A stretch of 64,000 nucleotides of DNA from Candidatus Eiseniibacteriota bacterium (GTDB lineage: Bacteria > Eisenbacteria > RBG-16-71-46). Positions 59,194-64,000 of this stretch are shown here, one piece after another. The position numbers were made by a program, and so were the translations under genes. The notes under the pieces are model-generated. The model worked only from the letters and a program-made list of their open reading frames with translations. It had not been told where the DNA came from and did not search any database. The DNA is taken from the NCBI GenBank assembly GCA_963707915.1, contig OY970178.1, positions 64,001 to 128,000 of the forward strand, given 5' to 3'. Every line of letters starts with the position of its first letter. The first letter of the stretch is position 1.

Positions 59194-60351
59194 ATGATGA
59201 GCGAGCGACTGAGCGCAGCCGATTTGATCGCATTGATCCGACGTGTGTTCAGCCCCACCGCAGACGACGGGCGCCTCGGCATCCTCGTCGACCTGCCCGA
59301 CGAGCGCGTCGCCGACCGCCCGAAGTGGAAGGAGCGGCGACGCATGGCCGCCGACTGGGCGGGCCAGTTGCAGCAGCACCGCGACCGGCTCGGGCTCGAC
59401 GTGAGCCTCGTGCTCTACCGCAACGTGGGGATGGGCAACGCGGACCTGCCGGCGCAGGTGTGGATCGGCTCGCCGCAGGCTCTGCCCGACTCTGCGGATG
59501 CGCTCGATCCCGTCGCGGCCGTGCCCCTGGAGCAGGTGCTCGGCAGCCACTCGCTGCTGCTCGCCCCGACCGAGTTCTCGGCGACCGCGCCGCTCAAGCT
59601 GATGGCGAAGAAGCACCGGTTCCGCGCGGCGACGATGCCCGGGTTCACGGCCGAGATGATCCCGGCGCTGCGGCTGGACTACGGCGAGATCCGGCGCCGC
59701 GTGGCGATCATGAAGACGCTGCTCGACCAGGCGACCCGGGCGACGATCGCCTTCGAAGTGGACGGCCGGGTCGCCCACACGCTGGCGCTCGACCTGCGTC
59801 ACCGCCAGGCGCACGCCTCGGACGGCATCCTCGAGACGCCGGGCACCGCGGGGAACCTGCCGTCGGGGGAGGCCTACATCGTCCCGTACGAGGGGGAGCA
59901 GCCGGGCGTGCCCAGTGAATCGGCGGGGCGCCTGCCGGTGCAGTTCGGCGGGGACGTGGTGGTCTTCGAGATCGAGGCGAACCAGGCCGTGCGCGTGACC
60001 GGCGAGGGCAGGGCCGTCGCGGAGCAGGCGGCGTGGCTCGCGGCCGAGCCGGCCTACGGCAACATGGCGGAGCTGGGGCTTGGGGTGCTGGCCGATCTCG
60101 GGGTCCAGCCCACGGGCGAGATCCTGCTCGACGAGAAGCTGGGCTTGCACATCGCCTTCGGCCGCAGCGACCACTTCGGCGGCCAGGTGGGCGCGGCACG
60201 GTTCTCGAAGCCCGAGGCGGTGGTCCACATCGACCGGATCTACCTGCCGAGCCTGCAGCCGCGGGTCAACGCGAAGCGGGTGGAGCTGACCGATGCCGAA
60301 GGCAGGACGACGGTGATCATGCGGGATGGCGTGTACGTGGGAGTGTTCTAG
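59194..60351 (+). CDS. M29 (aminopeptidase T)-like metallopeptidase
   Basis: Motifs 'NLPSGEAY', 'AELGLG', 'DEKLGLHIAFG' and 'VHID'. Confidence 0.7.
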   Translation: MMSERLSAADLIALIRRVFSPTADDGRLGILVDLPDERVADRPKWKERRRMAADWAGQLQQHRDRLGLDVSLVLYRNVGMGNADLPAQVWIGSPQALPDSADALDPVAAVPLEQVLGSHSLLLAPTEFSATAPLKLMAKKHRFRAATMPGFTAEMIPALRLDYGEIRRRVAIMKTLLDQATRATIAFEVDGRVAHTLALDLRHRQAHASDGILETPGTAGNLPSGEAYIVPYEGEQPGVPSESAGRLPVQFGGDVVVFEIEANQAVRVTGEGRAVAEQAAWLAAEPAYGNMAELGLGVLADLGVQPTGEILLDEKLGLHIAFGRSDHFGGQVGAARFSKPEAVVHIDRIYLPSLQPRVNAKRVELTDAEGRTTVIMRDGVYVGVF

Positions 60352-60439
60352 CGCGGGCCGGCGATCGCGGGAGGCGCGTCGCGGGGACGGCTCCGGGCCG
60401 AGGCACCATGCGCTCGGCCCGGGACCGTCCCTGCGACGC

Positions 60440-61027
60440 TCAACCGGGCTCGGTGGACCGTCCGGGATCGAGGTCCTCGGGGCCGTTCACGTTCCGGAAG
60501 ACGGGCTCGTCCTCCGCCGGGCATCGCCACTCCTCCAGCAGGCCGGCCTCGATACCGCGGCGGACGAACTCGGTCATGGCGGCCTGCCGCGCGCGCAGCA
60601 TGGCCGTGGCAATCGGCAGCATCGTACGCGGGTAGAAGGCGGCGAGCGGTTCGAGGCCGAGGCGGGTGCGCGGCACCACTCCGCCGCCCGCCGGACAGCG
60701 AGCCGCCAACTCGCGCAGGAACCGCGCCGTCATGTCCGGGAGGTCCACGGCCAGCACGAGCAGGAGCGGGCTGCGCGATTCGCCCAGCCCGCGCTCGACG
60801 CCGGCCAGCGGGCCGAGGTCCGCGAAGCGATCCAGGAGCACGGGCAGCCCGTGCGCGCCATGCTTCGTCCGGTCGCGGCCGGAGACGAGGATCTCGGCCG
60901 GCGCCAGCTCGCGGACGAGCTGCACCTGTCGCGCCAGCAGGGTCGTACCGCGGCAGGGGAGGAGCGCCTTGTCCTGCCCCATCCGGCGGGATCGCCCGCC
61001 CGCCAGGATGACCGCGCTGAATCGCAT
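60440..61027 (-). CDS. mobA: Molybdenum cofactor guanylyltransferase
   Basis: Motifs 'ILAGGRSRRMGQDKA', 'GPLAG', 'AVDLP', 'EPLAAFY' and 'NVNGPED'. Confidence 0.92.
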   Translation of the reverse strand: MRFSAVILAGGRSRRMGQDKALLPCRGTTLLARQVQLVRELAPAEILVSGRDRTKHGAHGLPVLLDRFADLGPLAGVERGLGESRSPLLLVLAVDLPDMTARFLRELAARCPAGGGVVPRTRLGLEPLAAFYPRTMLPIATAMLRARQAAMTEFVRRGIEAGLLEEWRCPAEDEPVFRNVNGPEDLDPGRSTEPG

Positions 61028-61319
61028 GGGACCGCCCCCGATCGCTCCGGCCACTCGCCGTCGCTTCGCGTTCCGGCGGCCTCCGCAGGGTAGAGGCTGG
61101 CCGGCCCGACCGCCACTTTCGACCCGGAGCCGCGCGGGCGGAGCAAGGAGCGATGCGTCGAGACGCGCGAATCCTTCGGCCGGGTCCCGCGCTCTCACCG
61201 TCGAGCCGTCCCTTTGGCGCAGTCCCGCCGGGATGGCGCGTGCGACGGCTTGTGATTCCGCCATCCGGCTGCTAATCATCGTGCCGTCTCAGAGCCGTTC
61301 CGCCATCAGGGAGTGCATC

Positions 61320-63517
61320 ATGCAGGCCGTGTCCCGCAGGCGGTTCCTCCAGGTCTCGGCCGGCGCCGCGAGTCTCGCCGCCGCCGGCGGAGCCGTGATC
61401 CATGCCGCCCCGGCCCGCGAGCCGGGCGCTCGCGGCGCGGACCGGGTGCGCAGGGTCCCCACCTTCTGCGACGTCTGCTTCTGGAAGTGCGGCGCGATCG
61501 CCACCGTGAAGAACGATCGCCTGTGGAAGATCGAGGGCAATCCCGAGGACCCCCTGTCGCGCGGCCGCCTCTGCCCGCGCGGCACCGGGGGCGTGGGCGC
61601 GCACTTCGACACCCAGCGCCTGACGGCGCCGCTGATGCGCAAGCAGGTGCGCGGCGCCGAGCAGTGGGTCGCGGTGACCTGGGACGAGGCCCTCACGTAC
61701 GTCGCGGTGAGGATGAAGGAGATCGCGTCCCGGTACGGTCCGGAGGCGCTCGCGCTCTTCAGCCACGGCATCGGCGGCAACTTCCTCAAGCACACGCTCA
61801 AGGCGTACGGCACGCCCAACATCGCCGCGCCCTCGTACGCCCAGTGCCGCGGCCCGCGGGACGCCGGCTTCACGCTCACCTTCGGCGAGCCGGTGGGCTC
61901 GCCCGAGCGCACCGACATCCGCAACGCCCGCTGCCTGACGCTGATCGGCTCGCACCTGGGCGAGAACATGCACAACACCCAGGCGCAGGAGTTCGCCGAG
62001 GCGGTGGGCGCCGGGGCGTCGGTCATCGTCGTGGACCCGCGCCTGTCGGTGGCGGCCAGCAAGGCGAAGTACTACCTGCCGATCAAGCCCGGCACGGACA
62101 CCGCGCTGCTGCTGGCCTGGATGAACGTGCTCCTCGCCGAGAACCTCCATGACCGCGAGTACGTGGCCGCCCACGGCTTCGGCTTCGAGGCTTTCGCCGC
62201 GGAGATGGCGCCCTGGACGCCGGAGTGGGCGTACCCGATCACCGGGATCGCGCCCGAGCGGATCCGCGAGACCGCGCGCGAGATGGCGCGTCACCGGCCC
62301 GCGAGCCTGGTGCACCCCGGCCGGCACGCCAGCTGGTACGGGAACGACGCCCAGCGCAGCCGTGCGATCGCGTTGCTCAACGCGCTGCTCGGAACCTGGG
62401 GACGCAAGGGGGGCTTCTACCAGCCCGCGAGCATGAGCGTGCCGGGCTACCCCTACCCGCCATACCCGGTGTCGGAACGGGGGCGGGCCGACAACCCGGG
62501 CAGACGGCTACCCGTTCGCGGAGGAGACCCTCACGACCGGATTGCGCGACGCCACGCTGACCGGCGTGCCCTACCCGGTCAAGGGCTGGATGGTGTACGC
62601 CACCAACCTGCTGCAGGCGCTGCCCGACCAGGCGGAGACGATCCGCGCCATCCGGGCGCTCGACCTGCTGGTCGTGCTCGACGTGATCCCCAGCGAAATC
62701 GCGGGCTGGGCGGACGTGGTCCTGCCCGAGGCGGTGTACCTCGAGCGCTACGACGACCTGAACGTGGAGACCTTCCGCGAGCCCTTCATCGCCCTGCGCC
62801 AGCCGGTGGTGGAGCGCGCCGGCCGACCAGAAGCCCAACTGGTGGATCGCGCGCGAACTGGCCATCAAGCTCGGGCTGCAGGCCTACTACCCATGGAAGC
62901 ACGTCGAAGAGTACCTCGACACCCGGCTCCAGGGCGCGGGCCTGAGCCTCGCCGAGCTCCAGGTGCGGGGCATCGTGCGTGGCGCGCCGCCGCCGGTGTT
63001 CTACGAAGACGGCGTCGAGCCCGTGTTCCCGACGCCGTCCGGGAAGATCGAGTTCTACTCGACCCAGCTGCGGGACGCCGGCTTCGACCCGGTGCCGCGC
63101 TTCCAGCCGACCCCCGAGCCGCCCGCCGGCGCGTTCCGCCTGCTCTTCGGCCGCGCGCCGATGCACTCGTTCGGCCGCACCCAGACCAACCCGCTGCTGG
63201 GGGAGCTGATGAGCGAGAACGAGGTCTGGCTGAACGCCGCGGTGGCGCGGCGCCTGGGGCTCGAGAGCGGCGCGTGGGTGCGCCTGCGCAACCAGGACGG
63301 CGGGCTCAGCAACCGCGTGCGGGTCCGCCCGACCGAGCGCATCCGCGGCGACTGCGTCTACATCGTCCACGGTTTCGGCCAGACCGCGCGTGGCCTCGCG
63401 CCGCGCTACCGGAAGGGCGCCAGCGACGCGGGGCTCGTCACGCGCTACGAGCGCGACCCGCTCATGGGCGGCACCGGCATGAACGTCAATTTCGTCACCC
63501 TCGAGCCGGAGGCCTAG
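61320..63517 (+). CDS. psrA: Tat-exported molybdopterin oxidoreductase, polysulfide/thiosulfate reductase (PsrA/PhsA) family; two frameshifts near 62507 and 62815
   Basis: SRRRFL Tat motif. 4Fe-4S motif CDVCFWKC...LCPRG and Cys ligand in 'YAQCRG'. 'ADVVLPEAVYLER' and 'TPSGKIEF' lie in successive frames. Confidence 0.85.
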
Positions 63518-64000
63518 GTGGCACGCTACGGCATGGCCATCGACACGGTCCGCTGCGTGGGGTGCATGGACTGCGTGGTCGCGTGCAAGACCGAGAACGA
63601 GGTGCCCGAGGGGCTGTGCCGCGACTGGATCGTGACCGAGGCCACGGGCGAGTTCCCCGACACCGGCCTCGAGATCCGCAGCGAGCGCTGCAACCACTGC
63701 GACCGTCCGCCCTGCGTCGCCTGCTGCCCGACCGGGGCCAGCCACGTCGAGGAGTTCGGCCGGCTGGTGCAGATCACGAAGGAGCTGTGCATCGGCTGCA
63801 AGGCCTGCCTGGCGGCGTGCCCGTATGACGCGCGGTACGTCCACCGCGAGGGCTACGCCGACAAGTGCACGTTCTGCGTGCACCGCGTGAAGGACGGCCT
63901 GCCGCCAGCGTGCGTCGCGGTCTGCCCGACCCGCTGCATGCACTTCGGCGACCTCGACGACCCGCACAGCGAGGTGAGCCGGCTGCTCGCCGCCCGACGC
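63518..64000 (+). CDS. psrB: 4Fe-4S dicluster electron-transfer subunit (PsrB/NrfC family), 3'-truncated
   Basis: GTG right after the psrA stop. Motifs 'RYGMAID...CVGCMDCVVACK', 'CNHCDRPPCVACCPTGA', 'CIGCKACLAACPY' and 'KCTFC'. Confidence 0.9.
   Translation, partial: MARYGMAIDTVRCVGCMDCVVACKTENEVPEGLCRDWIVTEATGEFPDTGLEIRSERCNHCDRPPCVACCPTGASHVEEFGRLVQITKELCIGCKACLAACPYDARYVHREGYADKCTFCVHRVKDGLPPACVAVCPTRCMHFGDLDDPHSEVSRLLAARR

Noticed and set aside
62490..62830. Programmed frameshifting or selenocysteine recoding in psrA
   Set aside because: No in-frame TGA at the Mo-ligand position (it is Cys) and no slippery sequence. Similar indels occur in unrelated genes.

Overview
Very GC-rich bacterial chromosomal window from a diderm organism (Wzi, LpxR, TolC and an AlgE-like barrel are present). 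The lineage cannot be determined from this window. It holds about 48 credible CDS; most long ORFs in the six-frame track are GC-driven shadow frames. Contents: the end of a surface-polysaccharide/envelope cluster, an S1-domain protein with an RGG-rich tail, secreted peptidases (M3, tricorn, Tat-signal TldD plus PmbA), an acn-icd-gltA operon, a two-subunit fumarate hydratase, a homoserine/threonine/methionine cluster without thrB, a CzcCBA-like efflux operon, an intact IS256 element with an 8-bp target duplication, trpB2, potABCD plus a porin, cspA, mobA and psrAB. No rRNA, tRNA or CRISPR array was seen. The most interesting signals are cis-regulatory: (1) a complete Trp attenuator (WWW leader, antiterminator, terminator) in front of a stand-alone TrpB2; (2) a Cys/His-rich, signal-peptide-bearing upstream ORF ending in HPPR at the head of the metal-efflux operon, a candidate metal-sensing arrest peptide; (3) a perfect 27-bp inverted repeat whose arm is a G-quadruplex motif. 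DUF1015 or the ApgM homologue may replace homoserine/serine kinase. Five single-base frameshifts in four genes most likely reflect assembly errors.
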